64,000 nt of DNA from assembly GCA_965116765.1 (NCBI GenBank), contig OZ220718.1:1391672-1455671 (forward strand), in the 5' to 3' direction. The position numbers and the translations under genes are program-made. Within the stretch, counting starts at the first letter, position 1, and every line of letters starts with the position of its first letter. Below the pieces are notes generated by a model. The model worked only from the letters and a program-made list of their open reading frames with translations, was not told the DNA's origin and ran no database searches. Positions 50,522-58,913 of the stretch are shown piece by piece. The DNA comes from Vicinamibacterales bacterium (GTDB lineage Bacteria > Acidobacteriota > Vicinamibacteria > Vicinamibacterales > UBA8438).

Positions 50522-51217
50522 TCACCGCGGGGGCGCCGGCGTCCACTCGCGGGCGAGCCGGCGGCCCTCCGCCGTCTCCTCGGCCGTCACCCACTCCGCC
50601 AGCTCGGCGCGCTGGCGGGCGTAGAGGCGCCAGTCGCCGCCGTCGAGGCTCGCCCGCCACGCCAACTCGATCCACATGGAGGCGAGGACCGGATCCTCCT
50701 CGACCCCGGCGCCGTAGGCGTAAAGCGAGCTGAGCGCGGCCTGGGCCGCGGGGTGGCCCTGCTCGGCCGCCGCCCGGTACCAGCGGGCCGCGGCCGCGTC
50801 GTCGCCGGCGACGCCCCGGCCGCGGAAGTAGAGCAGCCCCAGGCTGTACTGCGCCGGCGCATGACCCTGCTCGGCCGCGAGCCGGGTCCAGCGCACCGCC
50901 TCGGCGTCGTCCTGCGGCACCCCGTCCCCGACGTAGTAGCGCCGCCCGAGCTCGGCCCGCGCGGCCGCGTCGCCCTGCTCGGCCCGCTCGCGCAGGTCGT
51001 CCGGGAGCTGGGTGGCCGCCAGCGGCGACACCGACACCAGGAGTACCGCCACCAAGGCCGGGAGCCGGCCCTCCACGATGGCCCCGAGACGCGGTCGGCC
51101 TCCGCTCGCGCTTCGTTCGAGGGTCACGCGGGTCTGCCCTTCCCCGATCGAGACTCGCGCACCGGCCAGGGAGGGCCGGCGCTCGGCGCCTCGAGCCGCA
51201 GTGGACGCGAATCGCAC
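50522..51217 (-). CDS. Sel1-repeat (SLR/TPR-like) protein
   Basis: Three clear Sel1 units (AEQGDAAARAELGRRYYVGDGVPQDDAEAVRW, AAEQGHAPAQYSLGLLYFRGRGVAGDDAAAARWY, AAEQGHPAAQAALSSLYAYGAGVEEDPVLASMW). One N-terminal hydrophobic segment. The start lies 3 nt after the upstream stop. Confidence 0.75.
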   Translation of the reverse strand: MRFASTAARGAERRPSLAGARVSIGEGQTRVTLERSASGGRPRLGAIVEGRLPALVAVLLVSVSPLAATQLPDDLRERAEQGDAAARAELGRRYYVGDGVPQDDAEAVRWTRLAAEQGHAPAQYSLGLLYFRGRGVAGDDAAAARWYRAAAEQGHPAAQAALSSLYAYGAGVEEDPVLASMWIELAWRASLDGGDWRLYARQRAELAEWVTAEETAEGRRLAREWTPAPPR

Positions 51218-51220
51218 CCC

Positions 51221-52582
51221 TTATCGGCTCGCGGCTTCGTTGCTGATGCGGTAGAGCTTCGACTGCGTCCGGAGAATCAGGCTGCCGCGCACCACCGCGG
51301 GGGTGGCGAGGGCCATCTCGTCGAGCGAGTTGGTGTGCAGCAGCTCGAACTCGGGCCCCGCGCGGACGACGAAGGTGTCGCCGTCCTCGCCGAGCAGGAA
51401 CACGCGGCCGTTGTAGGCCCACGGCGAGGCGGTGAACCCGGTGCCGGGCCGGATGCGGGTGCGGCCGTAGATCTCGCGGCCGGTGCGGGCGTCGTGGCTC
51501 AGCAGGAAGCCGCGGTCGAGCAGGGTGTAGTAGGCGCCCTGGTAGACGAGGGCCGACGTGTTGTAGGTGCCCAGCATCGGCTGGTACCAGACGACGTAGT
51601 CGTTGCCGGTGTCGCCCGGCGCGAGCGAGATGTCGCCCGACGCACCGGCGCGGATGGCGTAGACGGGCCGCGGCATGCCGCCGGGATAGCCCGAGCTGAT
51701 GTAGACGAGCCCGTCGCGGGCGAACGGGGTGGGGACGACGTTGACGGTCATGCCGCCGATGTCCCACAGCTCGCGGCCGTCGAGGTCGTACGACCGCACG
51801 CGGCGGCGGCCCGCGGTCACGATCTCGGTCCGGACGTCGTTCTCCCACACGAAGGGGCTCGCCCAGTTCTCGTTCTCGTCGCGCTCGACCCGCCAGACCT
51901 CGTCGCCGGTGCGGGCGTCGAGGGCGAGGAGGAACGACCCGGTGGTGTTGTCGTTGACGATGTAGAGGCGCCCGTCGTGCAGGGCCGGCGAGGCGGCGGT
52001 GCCGAAGCGCTGCCAGCCGTTGAAGACGCCGACCTCCCGCGTCCAGACGACCTCGCCCTCGAAGTCGAGGGCGGCGACGAGGCCGATGGTCCCGAAGTAG
52101 ACGTAGAGGCGCTCGCCGTCGGTGACCGGGGTCTCCGACGCGAAGCTGTTCTTGATGTGCCGCTCGATGGCCGGCACGGCCGAGTAGAGCTCGCGCGTCC
52201 AGCGGACCTCGCCGGTCTCGAACGAGACGTCGTGGACGAGCCACCGGTGCTCGGCCGCGGCCGGGGTGGCGCCGAAGTCGGCCCCGGGGTCGTAGAGCCC
52301 CGGCTGCGGCGGCGGCTCGTCGCCGGCGCTGACCGCGGTGGTCACGAAGACGTGGTCGTCCCAGACGACGGGCGAGCTCCACCCGAGCCCCGGCACGTCG
52401 GCGACCCAGACGACGTTCTCGGTCTCGCTCCAGGTCTCGGGCAGCCGCGGGTCGTCGGCCACCGCGCCGGCGGCGGGGCCGCGGAAACCGGGCCACTGCG
52501 CCGGTTGAGCCGCTGCCGGCGCGGCGAGCCCGGCGACGAGAGCGGGAACCGCGACGAAGCCGATGAGCCGAGTGACGCGCAT
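51221..52582 (-). CDS. PQQ-like beta-propeller repeat protein (BamB-like fold), secreted
   Basis: ATG at 52582 follows AGGAGG. Signal peptide present. QWPGFRGPAAGAV and repeated blade motifs (SSPVVWDDHVFV, ASPALHDGRLYIV, ...). Confidence 0.8.
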   Translation of the reverse strand: MRVTRLIGFVAVPALVAGLAAPAAAQPAQWPGFRGPAAGAVADDPRLPETWSETENVVWVADVPGLGWSSPVVWDDHVFVTTAVSAGDEPPPQPGLYDPGADFGATPAAAEHRWLVHDVSFETGEVRWTRELYSAVPAIERHIKNSFASETPVTDGERLYVYFGTIGLVAALDFEGEVVWTREVGVFNGWQRFGTAASPALHDGRLYIVNDNTTGSFLLALDARTGDEVWRVERDENENWASPFVWENDVRTEIVTAGRRRVRSYDLDGRELWDIGGMTVNVVPTPFARDGLVYISSGYPGGMPRPVYAIRAGASGDISLAPGDTGNDYVVWYQPMLGTYNTSALVYQGAYYTLLDRGFLLSHDARTGREIYGRTRIRPGTGFTASPWAYNGRVFLLGEDGDTFVVRAGPEFELLHTNSLDEMALATPAVVRGSLILRTQSKLYRISNEAASR

Positions 52583-52846
52583 GGAGTCCTCCTGAAGCAG
52601 CGGGTCCCTCGAGGCCGGCGCGCCGGCTCCGACGCCCGCTCGGTACGCGTCCAGCCCCTCGGTCAGCTCGATGTACGTGCCGAACGGGTCCGTGAAGAAG
52701 GCGATGCCCAGGCCGAGCGCGGGGATCGCCGACGCGTATCGTGCCCTGCACCTCACGCCCCTCCGCGCCGGTCGCCGGGGGCGGGCATCAGCATGCCGCG
52801 AAGCCCTCGCTCGCCGACGCGAGGCCGGCGTATCCTGCGAAACCAC

Positions 52847-53824
52847 TCAGTCGCTGATGCGGGCCCAGCGTATCGTGCTCTGCACCTCGCGCCCCTCGTC
52901 GTCGGTGGCCGGGGGCGGCATCAGGTTGAGGTGCGTGTCGGTCAGCTCGTAGAAGCGCTGTGCGTCGGTGCCGCTCTGGTTCGGGGTCTCGTTGCCGATG
53001 CGGTGGTGCACGAGGTACGCCTCCTCCTCGTTGACCGAGAACGGCCCGAAGTAGCTGCCGTAGGAGTCGACCGTCGCGAGCGCCTCCTCCGCCGTGGGCT
53101 CGTCGCCCGCGTAGGGCTGCCGGCCCGGCCGCATCAGGTGCACCGACATGTGCCCCGACGGCGCGTAGGCGATGTACGCGGTCTCGTACTGGTCGGCCGG
53201 CACCGACTCGCCGTCGCTGGTCTCGCGCGTCACCGACTCGACCCGGTAGAAGCCGAAGAGCCGCCGGTGGGTGTCGGTGAGCTCCGACTCGGGCAGGTCG
53301 GGCAGCCGCTCCCAGGTGATGTACGACCGCGCCCCGTCCTCGCTCGCGGGCGGCTGCAGGATCAGGTTGTCGCCCTCGAAGGTGAAGAACCGCTGGTAGT
53401 CGGACCCCGCGCCGTCGGGGTTCAGGCTGCCCTCGAGGTGATGGGTGACGTAGCCTTCCTCCTCGTTCACGCTGTAGCGTCCGAAGTACGACGAGTAGCT
53501 GCCCATCTGGGCCAACGCCTCCTCCGGGGTCGGCCCGCCCTCGGAGTACGGCTCCCGGTCGGGGCTCATCAGCGTCACCCCCATGTAGCCGGTGGCGTCG
53601 TACATGATGTAGCCGACCCGGTCCTCTCTCGGCTCGCCGACGAGCTCGCCCTCGGCGTCGCGGCGCTCGCTGCGCACCAGCGACCATGCGCCGGCGAACC
53701 GGTCCATCGGGTTGGCCTCGGCCGCGTCCCCGGCCGCCGCCTCCTCCGCCGGGGCGGAGCCGCCGCATCCCCCGAGGAACATCAGGCCCACGACGACGAG
53801 CGCCGAGAATCGCGTCCTGTGCAT
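52847..53824 (-). CDS. lipoprotein with two tandem lipocalin-like domains
   Basis: ATG at 53824 follows GGAAGGAGAG. Lipobox FLGGC. Duplicated GYIMYDATGYMGVTLM...YSSYFGRYSVNEEE...THHLEG / AYIAYAPSGHMSVHLM...YGSYFGPFSVNEEE...VHHRIG. Confidence 0.75.
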   Translation of the reverse strand: MHRTRFSALVVVGLMFLGGCGGSAPAEEAAAGDAAEANPMDRFAGAWSLVRSERRDAEGELVGEPREDRVGYIMYDATGYMGVTLMSPDREPYSEGGPTPEEALAQMGSYSSYFGRYSVNEEEGYVTHHLEGSLNPDGAGSDYQRFFTFEGDNLILQPPASEDGARSYITWERLPDLPESELTDTHRRLFGFYRVESVTRETSDGESVPADQYETAYIAYAPSGHMSVHLMRPGRQPYAGDEPTAEEALATVDSYGSYFGPFSVNEEEAYLVHHRIGNETPNQSGTDAQRFYELTDTHLNLMPPPATDDEGREVQSTIRWARISD

Positions 53825-53942
53825 CGCTCTCTCCTTCCGTTCGGCAGTGACTGTCCGGTCCGCCCTCTCCCCGTTCCGTCGCCCGACGCTTCCCGACATC
53901 ACCGCCGCTTGCGAGGCGACGCCGTTCCAGCGCGAGGCAATC

Positions 53943-54830
53943 CTACGGCGTCACCGTCACCGTCACGTCGGCCGGCGTGTAGAGGTAGCCGTCGTCGGCC
54001 ATCGCCCGGATGACGTAGGTGCCCGGCTCGCTGAAGACGGCCGTGGTCACGATGCGGCCGTCCTCGGGAAGCGGAGGCGGGGTCCACCCCGGCGTATGGT
54101 CGACCATGGGCCGGACGAACGGATCGAAGTCCACCGTCCCCGGCCCGCGGTACTGAATCCAGGCCAGCCGCAGGCCGAGGGCGTTGCGGCGGCCCGGCGG
54201 GCGGCTGTTGCGGGCGGGGCGCATCGCGGGCACCCCGTCGTCGCCGATGACCGCGGTCAGCGACAGCGTCTCCCCCACCGCCACGGTGCGCCGGCGGCCC
54301 TCCGGCAGCTCGATGGTCGGCGGGTCGTTCTCGATCTCGGGCGCGCCGCCGCCGGCGCGGTTCATGGCGACGACCTGCTCGTCGATGATCTGCTCGGGCA
54401 CCAGCCAGCCGACGGCGCGGTCGGTCCGGCCGTGGGCGGTCACCGTCCACACCAGCTCCTTGTCGCCCCAGTCGGCGGGCACCGTGACCTGCCACACGAA
54501 GCGCTGCCGGCGCGGGTAGAAGTAGGTCGGCTGCCCCTGGTCGACGTCGCCCGGCTCGAGGAAGTTGTTCGGCCCGACGGGAATGTTCAGCTCTTCCTCG
54601 TAGTTGCGGTTCAGGTAGCCGAACAGCATCTCGAACGTGCCGTCCGGGTTCTGCATCCACCCCTCGAAGACCGGCTGCAGGTTCTGGCCGCTGTGGTAGG
54701 TCTGCGCGCTTGCGGCCGGCGCCGTCAGGAACGCGAGGCCCGTCAGCCCGACCGCGACCACGAAGAACGCGAGGCCCTTCCGGCCCGCCGCAACCGCGGC
54801 GCCGAAGTCGCATCGACACGGCACCCGCAT
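53943..54830 (-). CDS. secreted Ig/PKD-like partner protein (paralogue of 9149..10087)
   Basis: ATG at 54830 follows GGGAGGG. Motifs: FEGWMQNPDGTFEMLFGYLNRNY...DQGQPTYFYPRRQRFVWQVTVPADWGDKELVWTV...VIRALADDGY. Confidence 0.75.
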   Translation of the reverse strand: MRVPCRCDFGAAVAAGRKGLAFFVVAVGLTGLAFLTAPAASAQTYHSGQNLQPVFEGWMQNPDGTFEMLFGYLNRNYEEELNIPVGPNNFLEPGDVDQGQPTYFYPRRQRFVWQVTVPADWGDKELVWTVTAHGRTDRAVGWLVPEQIIDEQVVAMNRAGGGAPEIENDPPTIELPEGRRRTVAVGETLSLTAVIGDDGVPAMRPARNSRPPGRRNALGLRLAWIQYRGPGTVDFDPFVRPMVDHTPGWTPPPLPEDGRIVTTAVFSEPGTYVIRAMADDGYLYTPADVTVTVTP

Positions 54831-54940
54831 CTTCAGCCCTCCCTGTCGTCCCTCATCAGGAGCGGTGGCGCGAGCCGCGCGGTTTCGCCGCGGGCTCCCG
54901 GCGCCGCCATCGAGGTATCGGCGCCACGCCCTCCGCGCAA

Positions 54941-56251
54941 CTACTCGCTGCCGGCGCGCCGCCGCTCGGCCAGCCTCGCCTCGTAGACGTCCTCCGGCAT
55001 GTGGAAGAAGCTCATCCACGCGAAGCTCATGTCGTCGATCGACCGGTTGCCGAAGCCCACCCAGTTCTTCGGGTCGGGGTTGTAGCGGTTGGCGGCGGTG
55101 TTGTCGTGCCAGCCGATGACGTGGAGGATGGTGCCCGCCGGCAGCAGCGGCGCCTCCTCGTCGGCGTAGTTGTAGACGATGTGCCAGCCGAAGTTGTGGC
55201 CGGTGCAGCTCAGGGTCTCGATGAGGCCGTCGGGGTGGATGGCCTCGACGCACATGCGCTTCCCGCGGATGTGCATGTGGGGCTGGAACCCGGTGACCTG
55301 GGTCGCCTCGGGCAGCACGTAGTAGCCGTCGCTGCGCACGTTGTCGGCGCCGGCGGGGATGTCGAGGGTGTCGAAGCTGTCGCCGACGTGCCGCGAGATC
55401 AGCACCCGCTCGGGCACGTGGCCCTCGGGATAGAACTGGAAGCCGACCCGGGTGCGGTCGGCGATCTCCTCCCCCACCGAGCTGTAGTGCATGTTGAAGC
55501 GGATCTGCGTCCCCGCCCGGATCAGGCGGCCGGTGCCGTCGGGGAAGATGTCGCCGTTCTTCCCCATGGCGTACTCGTTGAGGAAGCCGCCGCCCTCCTC
55601 GCCGTCCTCCTCCTCCCACGTCATGGACGTGGCCACGTGGTGCACCACGCGGTGCGCGCCGGGAGACGGCTTGGTCTCGACCGCCTTGATGTAGCGGTCG
55701 GTGGTCAGCCGCGAGTCGGCCCAGATGTCGAGCCAGCGGTCGGCGTCGACGGCGCCGACCACCACCGGCTCGGGCAGCTCGACGATCCACTCCGGGGTGC
55801 CGATGCGCCACTCCTCGAGCGACTCGAGCTCGATCGGCGGCGGCGCGTCGGCGGGGTTCCCGCGCGGGGCGCCGGCGGCGACCCAGCGGCCGATGGCCGC
55901 GATCTCCGCGTCCGAGAGCGAGGGGTCCTCCTTGAACCGCCTGACGCCGACGTTGCGCTCGATGAACCACGGCGGCATCTCGCGCTGCGCGGTCTTGTCG
56001 CGGATGGCCCGCGCCCACGGCCGCACCTCCTCGTAGGTCAGCAGCGACATCGGGGCCACCGAGCCCGAACGATGGCACTGCTGGCAGGCTCGCTGCAGGA
56101 TGGGCAGCACGTCGCGAGTGAACGTCACCTCGCCGTCCGCCGCCTGGCCGGCCCCCGCGCCCGCGGGCGCCAGGAGCGCGCCGGCGGCGACCGCGAACAT
56201 GCAGACGCCCGTCACGAAACCGCCGCTCCATCGTCTCTGCCTGGCGTTCAT
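54941..56251 (-). CDS. mono-haem cytochrome c / PHM-like copper monooxygenase-type protein (paralogue of 7725..9146)
   Basis: ATG at 56251 follows GGGGAGGG. Signal peptide present. FTRDVLPILQRACQQCHRSGSVAPMSLLTYEEVRPWARAI...MPPWFIER, then VVHH, NMHY, PHMHIRG, SIDDMS. Confidence 0.75.
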   Translation of the reverse strand: MNARQRRWSGGFVTGVCMFAVAAGALLAPAGAGAGQAADGEVTFTRDVLPILQRACQQCHRSGSVAPMSLLTYEEVRPWARAIRDKTAQREMPPWFIERNVGVRRFKEDPSLSDAEIAAIGRWVAAGAPRGNPADAPPPIELESLEEWRIGTPEWIVELPEPVVVGAVDADRWLDIWADSRLTTDRYIKAVETKPSPGAHRVVHHVATSMTWEEEDGEEGGGFLNEYAMGKNGDIFPDGTGRLIRAGTQIRFNMHYSSVGEEIADRTRVGFQFYPEGHVPERVLISRHVGDSFDTLDIPAGADNVRSDGYYVLPEATQVTGFQPHMHIRGKRMCVEAIHPDGLIETLSCTGHNFGWHIVYNYADEEAPLLPAGTILHVIGWHDNTAANRYNPDPKNWVGFGNRSIDDMSFAWMSFFHMPEDVYEARLAERRRAGSE

Positions 56252-56492
56252 CTCCGCCCTCCCCGCTTGTCGGGCCGCGTTCGCGCCGTCCGCCGCGCCG
56301 CACGCCCGCGCGCGGCCGGCACGGCTCGGAGCATTCTCCGTCAGGGCCGGCGTCCGATCAACCCGAACGTCCCGGGACGCGGGCGTCGCCGGCCCGTCCG
56401 CGAATCGACGCAAGGCCGCTTGCGGTAGACTGCTTGGGAGAGTCACTCCGTCACGGCGAGACCCCGATCCGGTTCCGAAGCGGGAGGAGACC

Positions 56493-57098
56493 ATGCGAAG
56501 GACGCTCGCGGTAGCCCTCCTGGCTCTGACGTGCGGCGCGGCGGCGGTGGCGCAGAGCCTGGAAGTGCACCTCACGCGTTCCGAGCCCGGCGGCCCGCTG
56601 CGCGCCGGCGCCCTGTACGTCGCGACCCCGATCGGCGACTGGCTGTACTTCGACATGGCCTTCGAGCCGTTCGTCAACGGCGATCTCCGACCGCACCGGG
56701 ACATATACCTCGTCGGGCCGGAGGGCACGCGCATCGCCCTGCCGGATCTTCGGACCTATCGCGCGAATCGCGAGGAGATTCGGGGGGTGTTCGGAACCAT
56801 CGCGACATCCGACGCAGCCGGGGTGTTCCCCATCGCGAGGCAGTTCCCGATCGACTGTACCAGCCACTCCAGAGTACGCGAGGCGGGGGCCGGGGGCGGT
56901 GACGGTTGCGTGCGATACGCCTTGTGGAGATTCAGCGCGGGACCGGTAGCGCGGCTCATGACGGTCAGAAGGGGGATAGCCGTGCAGACCGAGCTGCTCT
57001 TCAGGGCGCCGGCCGGAGGATGGGAAACCGGAGACTACGTACTGACGATTGACGGTCCGGGTGACTCCGTGACGGAGCTTCCGGTCCGGATCGGGTAG
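56493..57098 (+). CDS. secreted hypothetical protein
   Basis: ATG at 56493 follows GGGAGGAG. Signal peptide (LAVALLALTCGAAAVAQ). No family recognised. Confidence 0.55.
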   Translation: MRRTLAVALLALTCGAAAVAQSLEVHLTRSEPGGPLRAGALYVATPIGDWLYFDMAFEPFVNGDLRPHRDIYLVGPEGTRIALPDLRTYRANREEIRGVFGTIATSDAAGVFPIARQFPIDCTSHSRVREAGAGGGDGCVRYALWRFSAGPVARLMTVRRGIAVQTELLFRAPAGGWETGDYVLTIDGPGDSVTELPVRIG

Positions 57099-57116
57099 GC
57101 AGCCGGACCCGCTGCT

Positions 57117-58310
57117 TCAAGGCCTCGGCGGCGGCGGCGCCTGGGCGCAGTCCTCCAGATAGCGCATCGCGGCCTCGACGCCGCTCGCGGCGACCGGCAC
57201 GTCGCCGAGCCGCAGCCCCATCTCGACGCCGGCCAGGGTGCCGAGCAGGCTCAGGTCGTTCAGGTCGCCGAGGTGGCCGATGCGGAAGACGCGGCCGGCG
57301 AGCTTCGTCAGCCCCACCCCCAGCGACATGTCGAAGCGGTCGAGCACCACTGACCGCACCCGGTCCGCGTCGTGCCCCGGGGGCATCATCACCGCGGTGA
57401 TCGAGTCGCTGTACTCCTCGGGGACCGCGCACAGGATCTCCAGGCCCCACGCCCGCACCGCCCGCCGCGTCGCCTCGGCGTGGCGCGCGTGCCGCGCGAA
57501 CACCTGCGCGAGGCCCTCCTCCCGGAGCATGGCCAGCGCCTCCTTCAGGCCGTAGAGGAGGTTGGTGGCCGGCGTGTAAGGGAAGAAACCCTTCTCGTTG
57601 GCCGCGAGCACCGCGCTCCAGTCCCAGTAGGCGCGCGGCAGGGTGGCGCGGCCGTGGGCGGCGAGGGCCTTCTCGCCGACGGCGTTGAAGCTGAGCCCCG
57701 GCGGCAGCATCAGGCCCTTCTGCGACGCCCCCACCGTGACGTCGACCCCCCACTCGTCGTGCCGGTAGTCGATGGACCCCAGCGACGAGATGGTGTCGAC
57801 CATGTAGAGGGCGGGGTGCCGGGCGTGGTCGATGGCGTGGCGGACGAGGGGAATGCGGCTCGCCACCCCCGTTGAGGTCTCGTTGTGCACCACGCACACG
57901 GCCTTGACGGCGTGCCCGCGGTCCTCCTGCAGGTGCGCCTCGACCTGCGCGGGGTCGACGCCGCGCCGCCAGTCGCCGGGCACCCATTCGACGTCGAGGC
58001 CCATCCGCTCGGCGATCTGCTTCCAGAGGGTCGCGAAGTGCCCGGTCTCGAACATGAGGACGCGGTCGCCGGGCGACAGCACGTTGACGAGGGCCGCCTC
58101 CCAGGCACCGGTGCCCGACGCGGGAAAGACGACCACCGGCCGGGTGGTGCCGAACACCTCGCGGACCCCGTCGAGAAGCTCGCGCCCCAGCGCCTGGAAC
58201 TCGGGGCCGCGGTGGTCGATGGTGGGCTGCGACATCGCGCGCAGCACCCGGTCGGGCACGTTGGTGGGTCCGGGGATCTGCAGGAAGTGACGGCCGGCTC
58301 GGTAGGACAT
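57117..58310 (-). CDS. class-V aminotransferase (serine/alanine--glyoxylate aminotransferase family)
   Basis: 397 aa from the ATG at 58310. Motifs: HFLQIPGPTNVPDRVLRAMSQPTIDHRGPEF, HNETSTGV, PLP-Lys motif VGASQKGLMLPPG, FRIGHLG. Confidence 0.85.
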   Translation of the reverse strand: MSYRAGRHFLQIPGPTNVPDRVLRAMSQPTIDHRGPEFQALGRELLDGVREVFGTTRPVVVFPASGTGAWEAALVNVLSPGDRVLMFETGHFATLWKQIAERMGLDVEWVPGDWRRGVDPAQVEAHLQEDRGHAVKAVCVVHNETSTGVASRIPLVRHAIDHARHPALYMVDTISSLGSIDYRHDEWGVDVTVGASQKGLMLPPGLSFNAVGEKALAAHGRATLPRAYWDWSAVLAANEKGFFPYTPATNLLYGLKEALAMLREEGLAQVFARHARHAEATRRAVRAWGLEILCAVPEEYSDSITAVMMPPGHDADRVRSVVLDRFDMSLGVGLTKLAGRVFRIGHLGDLNDLSLLGTLAGVEMGLRLGDVPVAASGVEAAMRYLEDCAQAPPPPRP

Positions 58311-58528
58311 GCGTGCGCTCTCCGGTTGCGGGACGAGGCGGGCCCCAAGTGGCGGACAATCTATCATCCCTCCGGAATTCCCGGGCTCCGGTCTGGCCGG
58401 GCGACGCGGTGAAGGCCCCCGGGGCGCAGCACCGCTGTCCGTGATCTTCTCCGCAGCATCGACGAGCAGGGCCGTTGAGTCGATGCGTGAGTCATGATGA
58501 GTCGAATGCGAATCACGGAGGAGACGGC

Positions 58529-58792
58529 ATGCAACAGTTGACGGTGCGGGGGTTCGGTCGAGCGCTGATCGACCGCATCAGGCGCCTGGCGAACCAGGAT
58601 GGCATCCCGCTGAACCAGGCCGTCCTCAGGCTGCTGCGGCGCGGCGCCGGCATCGCGGCGCCGCAGGGCGGCCGAGCCGTGGTTGGCGCGTCGCTGGATC
58701 ACCTGATCGGCACCTGGACGCCCGAGGAAGCGGATGCCATGGATCGGGCGCTGGCGGACCTCGCAGAGATTGACGAGTCGATGTGGCGATGA
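58529..58792 (+). CDS. ribbon-helix-helix (VapB/FitA-like) antitoxin
   Basis: ATG at 58529 follows GGAGGAG. MQQLTVRGFGRALIDRIRRLANQDGIPLNQAVLRLL is an RHH N-terminus. The tail is GTWTPEEADAMDRALADLAEIDESMW. Confidence 0.6.
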   Translation: MQQLTVRGFGRALIDRIRRLANQDGIPLNQAVLRLLRRGAGIAAPQGGRAVVGASLDHLIGTWTPEEADAMDRALADLAEIDESMWR

Positions 58793-58913
58793 GAATCCCG
58801 CCGGGCTCGAACGCCTGTTCGCATCTGAAGCGCGGCCATCCCCGAGCCGCGGACAGCGTTCGCCCGAGCGCGTCGGTCGCCGGGCGGCGTGGCGGCGGGG
58901 ATATACTCCCCCC

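Noticed and set aside
50444-54013. 1189-aa ORF on the plus strand
   Set aside because: It is antisense to four convincing minus-strand genes (Sel1, beta-propeller, lipocalin lipoprotein, Ig-like partner), with low-complexity Arg/Gly/Val/Asp composition and no recognisable domain.
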